NCBI GenBank assembly: GCA_044352465.1 | Contig: JBILDU010000002.1 | Location: 1-64,000 of the forward strand | DNA length: 64,000 nucleotides | Direction: 5' to 3' | Origin: Bdellovibrionota bacterium | Lineage (GTDB): Bacteria > Bdellovibrionota_C > UBA2361 | Part shown: positions 10,140 through 18,752 of the stretch, piece by piece | How positions within the stretch are numbered: the first letter of the stretch is position 1 | Layout: each line of letters begins with the position of its first letter | Program-made: the position numbers and the translations under genes | The notes under the pieces: model-generated | What the model saw: only the letters and a program-made list of their open reading frames with translations | Databases searched by the model: none | Told to the model about the DNA's origin: nothing

Positions 10140-11132
10140 GTGCTTCATATCCTTGGAATCGGTACAGCTTATCCTGAGACGGTTCTCACCAACGAGCTCC
10201 TCGTGGAGTTAAGCGGGGGAGGGCTCACCCGCGAGACGATCCAGTCAACGGGTATCGCTCGCCGCCACTCAGTGCTCCCCGTTGATTATCTCTTGGCCAC
10301 CGGCAATGCCGATGCCAAAGCAGGTGAGGGGGTGATGCTCTGTTCGCCTACCGATTTGGCTCTTCGGGCAACCGAGAGCGCGCTCAGTCGCGCCGGCCTC
10401 GCGGCCGATCAGATCGGTCTTATTTGGGGTGATGCCTGCTCGCCCGTTGAGACCACTCCGTCGGAGGCGCAACGACTCGGTGCGCGGCTGAACATTAAAG
10501 CGAACGCCTATGATGTCGTGACGGGCGGAAACGGACTTCTCCTCCACCTTGATTTGCTCGATGGCTTGACCCCGGAAAAGCTGCCTGACGTCATCGTGTG
10601 TGTCTCAGCGAATACGCCCACACAGCAGGTGAATTATCGAACTGGTGTCGGTGCTCCGTATCTAAGTGATGGTGCTACTGCGGTGGTGCTCTCTCCCCGT
10701 ATCCGCGGAAAGATGACCCTTGATGCGGTGAGTTACGCAGTTGATTCGGTCGATGCGCTGATGGCATTCGATACGTACGGGCATGTGCGTTTTGACGGCC
10801 CGAAGTTGTCGGAATATATGGGGAAAAAAGGTGCGCTCGCCTTTGAGCAGCTCGTTTCGACTAAGACTTTACGGTGTGATAATCTAGCCGTGATTCCGCC
10901 CCAATTTGATAATGCCTCGAGTGCCACCGTGGTCAGCGGTGGCGGTGTCTCAGGACACCGGGTATGGTCTAATTTCGATACCCGGGGATACACGGTCGGC
11001 GCCGCGACTTTTTCGGTCCTAGCGGATCGCTGGGATACTTTGCAAGGGAGCGATCGTATCGCTCTTATCGGTGTCGGTGGTGGGTCGAACTTCGGCCATG
11101 CTTTATTTCACGTCAACGAGCGGTTGGCGTAA
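10140..11132 (+). CDS. FabH/KAS III-like protein lacking the Cys-His-Asn triad
   Basis: Full-length paralog of the next gene. Has YDVVTGG, IPPQFD and RGYT where the paralog has FDVFTAC, IGHQAN and VGNQ. Confidence 0.85.
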   Translation: MLHILGIGTAYPETVLTNELLVELSGGGLTRETIQSTGIARRHSVLPVDYLLATGNADAKAGEGVMLCSPTDLALRATESALSRAGLAADQIGLIWGDACSPVETTPSEAQRLGARLNIKANAYDVVTGGNGLLLHLDLLDGLTPEKLPDVIVCVSANTPTQQVNYRTGVGAPYLSDGATAVVLSPRIRGKMTLDAVSYAVDSVDALMAFDTYGHVRFDGPKLSEYMGKKGALAFEQLVSTKTLRCDNLAVIPPQFDNASSATVVSGGGVSGHRVWSNFDTRGYTVGAATFSVLADRWDTLQGSDRIALIGVGGGSNFGHALFHVNERLA

Positions 11133-11148
11133 CGGTTAAGGAGCTCGC

Positions 11149-12132
11149 GTGTTACACATTCTCGGCATGGGGTATTGTCACCCGTCGACGGTCATCGATA
11201 ATCAGTTCCTCGAGGACCTCGATATCGGTACGAATGCCGAGTGGATCATCGATAAGATCGGGATTAAAACTCGTTTGAGCACGCTGCCGCTCGAGTATAT
11301 TCGGGAGACTCGCAATCAGGATCCGCGCGAGGCGCTTAAAGTAGCTTCGATGACCCCGACTGAAATGGGCAAGAAAGCTGCCGAGATGGCGCTCGCCCAG
11401 GCGGGGATTCGTCCCGAGCAAGTCGGTTTGATCATCGCCAATTGTTGCACTCCGGCGCAGACCGCCCCCGCAGAGGCGCAGCGGCTCGGCCAGGCCCTTG
11501 GAGTCGTCTGTCCCGCATTCGATGTCTTTACTGCTTGTCCGGTCTTTGCGCTGCATATTGATCTGTTGAGCAGTTATCGAGAAGACAAGCTCCCCGAGTA
11601 CGTCCTCTGTGTTTCTACCGCAGCGCTTACTCAGAATGTGAATTACAACGATCGCTCCGACGGAGCTATTTGGGGCGATGGTGCTGCCGCCTGGATTGTC
11701 TCGGCTCGACACCCGGGAAAGATCAAAGTCATGGAGTCGTTTTACGCAAGCGATCCAACCCGGTGCCAGGCGGTCGTCGTCGATCGTTACGGGCATTTTC
11801 ATCAAGATGGTCGCGCTGTTCGAGATTTTTCGGTGCGTCAGACCGTGCGGCTCGTGAAAGCCATTGAGGAGCGCCATCCCATCGACTGGACTCAGGATAT
11901 ATTCATCGGCCATCAGGCCAATGCCACGATGTTGCAACAGATAACAAATAATCGTGAGATCCCCGAGACGAATCATTGGCATAACGTCACCACGGTAGGG
12001 AACCAAGCGGGAGCAGGCGCTCCCGCGGTGCTCGCGCAACATTGGGATCTCATTCAGCCAGGTCAAAAGATCGTTGTGGCTGTGGTGGGAGCGGGGCTGA
12101 GCTGGGGCTCAATTCTCTTCGAAGCGCAGTAG
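11149..12132 (+). CDS. fabH: 3-oxoacyl-ACP synthase III (FabH)-family condensing enzyme with intact triad
   Basis: FDVFTAC, WGDGAAA, GHQAN, GNQ, GAGLSWG. Confidence 0.88.
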   Translation: MLHILGMGYCHPSTVIDNQFLEDLDIGTNAEWIIDKIGIKTRLSTLPLEYIRETRNQDPREALKVASMTPTEMGKKAAEMALAQAGIRPEQVGLIIANCCTPAQTAPAEAQRLGQALGVVCPAFDVFTACPVFALHIDLLSSYREDKLPEYVLCVSTAALTQNVNYNDRSDGAIWGDGAAAWIVSARHPGKIKVMESFYASDPTRCQAVVVDRYGHFHQDGRAVRDFSVRQTVRLVKAIEERHPIDWTQDIFIGHQANATMLQQITNNREIPETNHWHNVTTVGNQAGAGAPAVLAQHWDLIQPGQKIVVAVVGAGLSWGSILFEAQ

Positions 12133-12226
12133 TTTTCCCACCAGCACTTCGCGATTGCTCCTTCCTGAGGGGCGTATTACGGTCATAGCGTGGCAACGGT
12201 CTCGTTCTCTCGATGGCAACGCTCGT

Positions 12227-13399
12227 ATGAATAGTCGTATCTTTCTTGTCGCTTGTATCGCCCTCACGCCATGGTTGAGCATGGCTGAAGACGGCACCCG
12301 GGGACGGCTTGCTGATGGCCGCGCTTATCGTACCGATCCCGAGGGGAATCAGCTGGTCGACTATATCGCTGAGCTCGAAGTTAATGTTGAAGCACTCAAT
12401 CGACGTATCTTGGGTCTCGAGGACGAGATCGCCGAGAAGCAGCGCATTATCGAACGCTTTCATGGTGGAGCAACGGGAGCCGCAGCTTATACCGGAACTT
12501 TAAAAGAAAAGGCGCTGGTCGATGGCGTCGCTTCTCAGGAAAACGCGCTGAGCGGCGATTCGCCAGAGCATGTCGCTGAAGTCGCGAAGGTTCGCGCGGA
12601 AATGGAGAGCCTGCGTGTACAGCTCGATGGGGCGCGGGGAGAGCTTGCCACGGAGCGGCGGCTTCGCGATCAAGATCAAGCGACGTACGCGGTGGTGTCG
12701 CGCGAATGCGCTTCGCTCCGCACCTCGCCGAAACCGAGCTGTGATGCGGCGGTGGCATTGGCACTCCAGAGTGCGTCTCAGCAAGCGCTGGCGCGGGAAA
12801 CCGAGCTTCAGGGTGAACTCGCGCGGATTCGGACCGAAGGAGCTACCGAGCTTGCGAATGTCCGTACGAATAGCGTCGCGGAGCTTCGGAGCGCTCAAGA
12901 TCGGGCGCGTGACCTTGAGCGTGAGGTGACGGAGCTGAAACGTGAGCTTGGAGGCATGCGCACGACCATGGCGGCGACGGCAGCTCGTCCAGCGACGATC
13001 GTTGTATCGCCGCAGTCCGCGGCGATAAATCCAGCGCCAACTCATGCCGTGGTCGCGGCTGCCCGGCCGGTGACGCGGGACTATGCCACTCGGTCCCGTC
13101 TCGCCGTCGTGGATTCGTTACGTGGCAATATGTCCGCCGAGCTTAATCGTGTGCGTGGGCTGGTGAGTTCGCGAGACGACCTTTTTCGGCGTTCCACCGG
13201 TCAAGGTGACCCGCGTATACAGTTTAAGCCGAGCCCTCTGCTCTCTTCGAGCCGGAAGACACTCGACGACATCGGCGCAGGTATTCGTGCGGCCCAGCAA
13301 GTGCATGAGTTAACTGCACTCCGAACCGATCTCGCTGAGATACGTGCGCTCGTGCAAGGTGATATCGATCTTCTGCGGCGGACAGGGAAAGCCGGTTGA
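12227..13399 (+). CDS. Exported coiled-coil hypothetical protein
   Basis: Likely start MNSRIFLVAC.. (signal peptide) and long heptad-rich stretches. The ORF track extends to 12155. Confidence 0.7.
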   Translation: MNSRIFLVACIALTPWLSMAEDGTRGRLADGRAYRTDPEGNQLVDYIAELEVNVEALNRRILGLEDEIAEKQRIIERFHGGATGAAAYTGTLKEKALVDGVASQENALSGDSPEHVAEVAKVRAEMESLRVQLDGARGELATERRLRDQDQATYAVVSRECASLRTSPKPSCDAAVALALQSASQQALARETELQGELARIRTEGATELANVRTNSVAELRSAQDRARDLEREVTELKRELGGMRTTMAATAARPATIVVSPQSAAINPAPTHAVVAAARPVTRDYATRSRLAVVDSLRGNMSAELNRVRGLVSSRDDLFRRSTGQGDPRIQFKPSPLLSSSRKTLDDIGAGIRAAQQVHELTALRTDLAEIRALVQGDIDLLRRTGKAG

Positions 13400-13583
13400 T
13401 CGTGGCCGCCTCCCCCGCTTAGCTCATCTGGGTATGGGCAATGCGAGCGAGGTAGTACCTCTTAATGAGAGGTGCCAGTGGCGTTTACCGATGTACTGAT
13501 TTTCCCGCGTGGCAGCGCTGATTCGCCCGTACCGATCGGTGAGATTGTGGGCCACGAAGCGTCGGGGCGAAGGCTTCATTTTG

Positions 13584-15026
13584 TTACGCGTGCTTCGCCT
13601 CTACCTCGACGGGTAACTCCTTCTCAGGAGAGTACGCGAGTTTGAGTTTGAGCATCAGACCGATAGCAACGAAGGCGACAAGCGCAACTTCGCTGTCCCC
13701 GAGGTTATATTCTACGAGCCCAGCGACCTGCCAAGCGATCACAGCGCAGCCGATGGCGGCGCACACCAGCGACTCGCTGCGCGAGCGATGCGGCCGGCAG
13801 GCGAGGCGGATAACTGCCCAGATCCACCACAGGTACACCCCCAGAGCGAACCAGCCAGATTCAACGAGGATCTGGAGGATGTTGTTGTGGAAATGGACTA
13901 ATTCGGGCGGGATCTCGGGGGAAAATCTTCTTAAGATCGGACTGTTTTCGTATCCGATGCCGAGAGGGTAGCGTAGCGATAATTCACCCCCGATCTCCCA
14001 AATGACTTGTCGTCCTCCAGCGATAAAGAAGTGCTCGGAGGAAACCGCGATTCGGTTGCGCAGGGGGGTAATGACCACAACGAGAAGGACTGCGGTAACG
14101 ATAAGGGGGATGAGGTAGCGGCGGGCGTGGAGCACCAGTAAGACCAGTCCCCCCACAAAGACACCGAGCCACGGGCCACGTTTGAGGTTCACCAGGAGTG
14201 CGGTGCCAAGATATGGCAGCACAAATGCGACCAGGAAAAATATCTCGGGGAGGCCAGGAATTTTGAGACGATTGAGTTGAATCGCTGCAACAATTCCGAG
14301 GAGCGAGGCGAAGAGCACCGAAAGTGCGCCGATGGTAAAGCTGATGCCCTCAAGTCCGACTTCTTGGCCGAAACTGAGCGAAAGGAGCAGGAGGAAAGTT
14401 AATGTCCCGAGGAGCGCTGCGTGACGTCGCTCTTGTAGGTAACGTAACGTCGCTTCACCTGTCTCTTGACGATGAGCAAAGTGGAGCGCTTGACGATTCA
14501 GTGCGAAAGCCACCCCAACCCCGCAGAGGATAGAGATGCCGAGTTGGCCCGATTCGCTAACGCTGCCGAGGAATAGCTGTGGTATCGCGGGATAAGCTGC
14601 GGAGATTACCGAGTGCATCGCGGCGATCGTTTGACCGACAAGGAGAGCGCTTAAAATTCGTAGCACATTTGCGCCACGCAAGTCGGCGAAGGCCACGATC
14701 GTCACGGTGTAGAATGCGAAACGGATTACCTTTGGGACGCTCCGTCCGGGGTCGAGACCGAAAAGGGCGCTGAGGCTGACGAGGAGCAAAAAGAAGAGTA
14801 GCGCCCGGATGGGGAGTGTCCTCGCGAGCTCGAATCGCCGGGTGATAAGGAGTCGGGTGAGCCACAAGCCGTTAAGGGGGATCAGGAAGAGATACGCTAA
14901 CGCGAGTTTCAGAGGGAGGAAGAAGGCTGCGCCAAGGGCTAAGAGAGTCCCGTATCGCTCGAAGCCGTCCCGGAGTAGTCCGTGAAGAGGGGCGCGTTTT
15001 AGGAAAGGGGCGGCGGTTTCGGTCAT
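13584..15026 (-). CDS. O-antigen ligase (Wzy_C)/O-oligosaccharyltransferase-family membrane protein
   Basis: Multi-TM; GR..IW..G, PLGIG, HFHNNILQILVESG. Confidence 0.88.
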   Translation of the reverse strand: MTETAAPFLKRAPLHGLLRDGFERYGTLLALGAAFFLPLKLALAYLFLIPLNGLWLTRLLITRRFELARTLPIRALLFFLLLVSLSALFGLDPGRSVPKVIRFAFYTVTIVAFADLRGANVLRILSALLVGQTIAAMHSVISAAYPAIPQLFLGSVSESGQLGISILCGVGVAFALNRQALHFAHRQETGEATLRYLQERRHAALLGTLTFLLLLSLSFGQEVGLEGISFTIGALSVLFASLLGIVAAIQLNRLKIPGLPEIFFLVAFVLPYLGTALLVNLKRGPWLGVFVGGLVLLVLHARRYLIPLIVTAVLLVVVITPLRNRIAVSSEHFFIAGGRQVIWEIGGELSLRYPLGIGYENSPILRRFSPEIPPELVHFHNNILQILVESGWFALGVYLWWIWAVIRLACRPHRSRSESLVCAAIGCAVIAWQVAGLVEYNLGDSEVALVAFVAIGLMLKLKLAYSPEKELPVEVEAKHA

Positions 15027-15149
15027 AGCTTGTTCGATCGGACGGGTCGCTCGCGGCGTTCATCGCACTCTTAAGGGTGCGGTGAATAGGCTCGGCGGCT
15101 CGTGCCCCTTTTAATAAGATCCTTCACCTTGTTTCCCGTGTGGGGGGTC

Positions 15150-15268
15150 CTAGTCCTTCGACCAATAAGTTTTTTCACTCCCGCGGAGTGAAAAACTAAC
15201 TCAGGACTAGTGGTGAGCATAAATTCTATCACCTTGCAGGTGAAAGAATTTAATGGTCGAACCACTAG
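15150..15268 (-). repeat. 119-bp CTAG-bounded double-hairpin element, copy 2
   Basis: Reverse complement of 7732-7850 with one substitution; central CTAG at 15207-15210. Confidence 0.92.
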
Positions 15269-15439
15269 GTTTTGCTGGTGTGCCGACGGGCTCCGTTCGG
15301 CTGAGCTCACCGAAGTCACGGCCGAAGCCTGCCCCCCTTTCCAGCGCTCGGGCTATCATCTCTTGCACCTCTGGCACCTCTAGTGCCGAGCGGCTGCAAT
15401 GCTGCTATAGTTTACGCGGTACATCGGCGAGGTGAAACC

Positions 15440-15847
15440 ATGAAAAATCGACTTTTGATTTTGACCATTGGCTTGCTCTGGTATTGCGGAGCCGGCACTG
15501 CGATGGGCGAGTTCCGCCCCCAGCCGTTGAGCCCCGGAATGACTGCTCGCGAGGTGTTGACCTTGTGGGGATCGCCGCTTGAACGGGTCGAGCAAGAGAC
15601 AAAAAGGGAAGAGGTGTGGCGGTATCCAGGGAGCTCGTCTGTCTCCTTCACGGTTGGAAAAGTGATCGCCTGGCAGATCGGAGCAACTCCGCGCACGGGG
15701 ATTCCCCTGTCAACGGCGATGCTCCATGCCGATCAAGTCGGGGCGAAAGCAGCGTCCACCCGAACCTCGCTGGTCTCGGATGATCAGATGCGAGACATTC
15801 TCGATGAGATAGTCCAGAGAAGTCCCGACAGCCCGACAGCCCCGTAA
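15440..15847 (+). CDS. Exported protein with a SmpA/BamE-like motif
   Basis: SD GAGGTG before ATG 15440; signal peptide; LSPGMT..EV...WGSP...EEVWRY. Confidence 0.7.
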   Translation: MKNRLLILTIGLLWYCGAGTAMGEFRPQPLSPGMTAREVLTLWGSPLERVEQETKREEVWRYPGSSSVSFTVGKVIAWQIGATPRTGIPLSTAMLHADQVGAKAASTRTSLVSDDQMRDILDEIVQRSPDSPTAP

Positions 15848-15932
15848 GAGGGCAGGGTTCCCAGCGAAGAAGGGGGGTATCTCCTCGTACCGCTCATCGG
15901 GGACCATCTCCGACCTGGCGGTGGTGGACCGG

Positions 15933-17066
15933 TTACTCCATCGTCGACATCATCGGGGTCGGTTCCTCTTCAGCTACAAGCTCTTCATCGGCGAGGTTCG
16001 CGTCCTCTGCGGCAGCCGCATTGAAATCCTCGAGGATACTTTTCGCAAACTCAACTGCGACAGTTTGTTTTGAAGTCTCGATAGTCTTCTTCAAGAAAGC
16101 CTCAGTTTCCTCATCGTAGTTGACGTGATCGATCGCATCTTGCAGGAGCCTCTTGTCAGCTTCGCTATCTTTGGAGTTGTTCAGGATATCGAACACAATC
16201 TGTAATCCGGGTTGACCGCCGTTGATAAGCGATTTCACCGCAAGGTGCGAATATTGATCTCGCTTTAAGGCGATTTCCTGAAGGTAGGGAAGGGTCTCCT
16301 CGCTTGGAACCAGCTCGGCAAGCCCGATTCCTACCGAGTAGTAACCGTCCGGATCGCCTCGGTCTACCGTGTTTTTATAGAGCGCCTCTGCCGCGAGACG
16401 GGAACCTTGATTGGTAATCGCTGCGACCGAAGCCTCGCGAAGAGACTCGTTGGTAGCGCCCATGTGCTCGCTTAAGAATTCGACCACATCGTCTTTACCC
16501 ATCGTTAGTTCAAGCGCCTCGGCATAGGTGTCGCCGATCTCCTTTGAGGGAGCGTTTTTGATTCCTTCAACGAGGGTCGCGAGGTTATCTACCCGTCCGC
16601 TTATCGCTAAAATCTCAGCGTAAAAGGTCCTTTGATCGGTTGGGAGAGCTTGATCGCCGAGGAGGTCCTTCACCGACTTGTAGAGTTCGGGGCACCACGT
16701 GCAATCATCCCCGGGGAGGGTAAACTGCTCGAGGATCATGTCATCGTAATCGCGTGCCCCCGCCTGAATCGCTTTGAGGGCCTCTTCCGCGTTCGCGTAG
16801 AACTGGGCGGCTGGCTTTGTTTCACCCTCGGCGTTGAACATATCCGCCGTATCCCCCCCCTCGGGGCTTGCCCCGTCCAGCGTCGCTGAGTTCGTTGATT
16901 CGTCTAGGTTGTTGATATCATTGATCATGTCGTTGCGGACGGTTTCGGCTGATGGGTTCGCTTTGGAGCCATCTGAAACGGTATTTACCGGGGTTTTTGA
17001 GGCGCTGAAAAACCAGGCCGAGATAGCCAAAACAGCGAGGAGGAGGATCGGAAATATCTTCTTCAT
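15933..17066 (-). CDS. Membrane-anchored acidic alpha-helical (HEAT-like) hypothetical protein
   Basis: N-terminal hydrophobic anchor, helical and acidic body, CxxC (CTWC). Confidence 0.75.
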   Translation of the reverse strand: MKKIFPILLLAVLAISAWFFSASKTPVNTVSDGSKANPSAETVRNDMINDINNLDESTNSATLDGASPEGGDTADMFNAEGETKPAAQFYANAEEALKAIQAGARDYDDMILEQFTLPGDDCTWCPELYKSVKDLLGDQALPTDQRTFYAEILAISGRVDNLATLVEGIKNAPSKEIGDTYAEALELTMGKDDVVEFLSEHMGATNESLREASVAAITNQGSRLAAEALYKNTVDRGDPDGYYSVGIGLAELVPSEETLPYLQEIALKRDQYSHLAVKSLINGGQPGLQIVFDILNNSKDSEADKRLLQDAIDHVNYDEETEAFLKKTIETSKQTVAVEFAKSILEDFNAAAAEDANLADEELVAEEEPTPMMSTME

Positions 17067-17425
17067 ACAGGTTGTTGTTGAAAGTTACCCAGGCGAATCG
17101 CCAATCTATCAAATAGCCAGTCTATACAGATATCTGTCTATCGAAGCTGGACGAAAATGTTATCAGGTTAAAGTGAGTTTTCTACCACTTTCGCACTCGG
17201 TCCGAGATCTTTTGGGGCTATTCACAGTGAGAAATAACCGTTGCCCCGCAGACTTACGCTTCGCACTCATCCGCGGTCGGACTTTGTGTCCTCTCCGACG
17301 AGGATGCGAAACGAATTTTCAGAACCTTTCTAACTACTTTTAATTCATTCGACCCGATTGGGAAAGACCGCCTCGGGGTAGTCCGATGAAGCTGCCACTG
17401 AGGGCACCTAACGTCGCCGGCATAC

Positions 17426-17453
17426 TCAAGATTGCGCGCCTTTCGGCCGACAA
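17426..17453 (+). promoter_or_regulatory. Putative sigma28 (FliA)-type promoter TCAAG-N15-GCCGACAA
   Basis: Resembles the FliA consensus and ends 7 nt before ATG 17461. A second weaker match, GAAAG-N15-TCCGATGA, lies at 17362-17389. Confidence 0.5.
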
Positions 17454-17460
17454 TAGCGTT

Positions 17461-17808
17461 ATGACTGAAAAGCCCCGCATGAACCTCCGTGGAACCCGAG
17501 CGTACGAGCTCTTCTGTTCCGAGCTGGGAGGCCAGGTTGAGCGTATGCGCTCGCTGTTCGGGGACGGCGAGGTCTTGTCAGTTTCAGAGGTTACCGACAT
17601 AGGCCGGATAGCCCACACGATAAAAGGTGGGGCAGGATTCTTTAGTCTCGACGAGGTCGCCGCGGTCGCGGCGCGCCTTGAGGCGATCTTTCTTCAGTTT
17701 GGTCAGGTCGACCCGGTTGAGGTCGCGGCAGCTTTACAAACGCTTGATGCCCTCAGCCGAAACTTACCCCCAGCCACCGAAGGAGTTGAACGATGCCGGA
17801 CCTCTTAA
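17461..17808 (+). CDS. Stand-alone Hpt (CheA P1-like) phosphotransfer protein
   Basis: RIAHTIKGGAGFF..L motif. Start chosen at 17461; the ORF track extends to 17386. Confidence 0.85.
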   Translation: MTEKPRMNLRGTRAYELFCSELGGQVERMRSLFGDGEVLSVSEVTDIGRIAHTIKGGAGFFSLDEVAAVAARLEAIFLQFGQVDPVEVAAALQTLDALSRNLPPATEGVERCRTS

Positions 17809-18626
17809 TCGTCTGTCGCGACAACCGCATTCGGGCGCAGCTTGAGGAGCTTGGCAGTGGGGCCTTGTTCCGGGTCAAAGCGACGGCCGACGTGACGAGC
17901 GGGCTTGAGTGGTTGAAACTCCGCTCTTTCGATATCGCCTTCGTCGACGGCTCAGTTTCGGTCGCCGATCAGCAGAAGCTTGGTACCGGGATGTGGCAAA
18001 AAAATCCGGTGGCTCCGCTGGTTGTGTTTCACCTCGACTCTACGTTGAAGAAAGTCCAGAGTGAAGCGCGGCTTTTCGGAGCCGATCTCGCGGTCGGTGA
18101 TGATGCCTGGCGGGTACTCAAAGAGTCGCTCGCTGGGGTGAAGCCACGCGGATTTCAAAAGATGAACCCATTTAAGATTATGGTTGTCGAAGACCTTGAT
18201 TCGCCCCGAGATATCGTGTGCTCGTACATCGAGAACATGGGCTTTGAGCATGTCGAGGGCAAACGCTCAGTTAAGGAAGCGATCTCTGCCCTCGAGGGGG
18301 AACCTGAGAAATTCTCGTGTATCGTCACCGATATCCGCATGCCCGAGGTGAGTGGCCAAAAGCTCATCGAGTTTGTGCGAAATCACGAAAAGCTCAAGCA
18401 TATCCCCATAATCGCCCTTACGGCGTACGGCACCGTCGATACCTTAGTCGAATGCCTGAAGGCGGGGGCGAGCGGTTTTCTGGTAAAGCCTCCCCGCAAG
18501 CCTGATCTCTCGCGGGAACTCGGCCGCGCGCTCCGTATCTCCGCTCGGGGAGCAAGTCCGCGGCTCGCGAGTCACGACGAAGCTGAGATTCTCCGCGAGA
18601 TCCTTATCGACCGCGGCATGATCTGA
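17793..18626 (+). CDS. Dual-receiver response regulator (degenerate N-terminal REC plus CheY-like REC), no DNA-binding domain
   Basis: Second domain IMVVED..TDIRMP..ALTA..GASGFLVKP; the first domain has lost its acidic pair. Confidence 0.85.
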   Translation: MPDLLIVCRDNRIRAQLEELGSGALFRVKATADVTSGLEWLKLRSFDIAFVDGSVSVADQQKLGTGMWQKNPVAPLVVFHLDSTLKKVQSEARLFGADLAVGDDAWRVLKESLAGVKPRGFQKMNPFKIMVVEDLDSPRDIVCSYIENMGFEHVEGKRSVKEAISALEGEPEKFSCIVTDIRMPEVSGQKLIEFVRNHEKLKHIPIIALTAYGTVDTLVECLKAGASGFLVKPPRKPDLSRELGRALRISARGASPRLASHDEAEILREILIDRGMI

Positions 18627-18752
18627 GCGTCTTTCGGTCGGTCGCTTGAGGGATTAACTCTACCGGTCTTTGAAGTTGCCTTTGAAGGTGGCCCGCTCCC
18701 GTGTTAGCATCGGCACGCTCCGATTTTTCGGTGCTCTAACGGGTAACAAGCA

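Noticed and set aside
11152..12066. Long antisense ORFs (e.g. opposite fabH, metH, pilM, pilQ, accC)
   Set aside because: Shadow ORFs typical of GC-rich coding DNA, with no motifs.
13400..13560. tRNA-like start (CCGCTTAGCTCA) and hairpins between convergent genes
   Set aside because: No T-arm (GTTCRA) or cloverleaf; pairing is expected at this GC content.
18627..18752. Cobalamin or SAM riboswitch upstream of metH
   Set aside because: The region is short and shows no B12-box or SAM core motifs.
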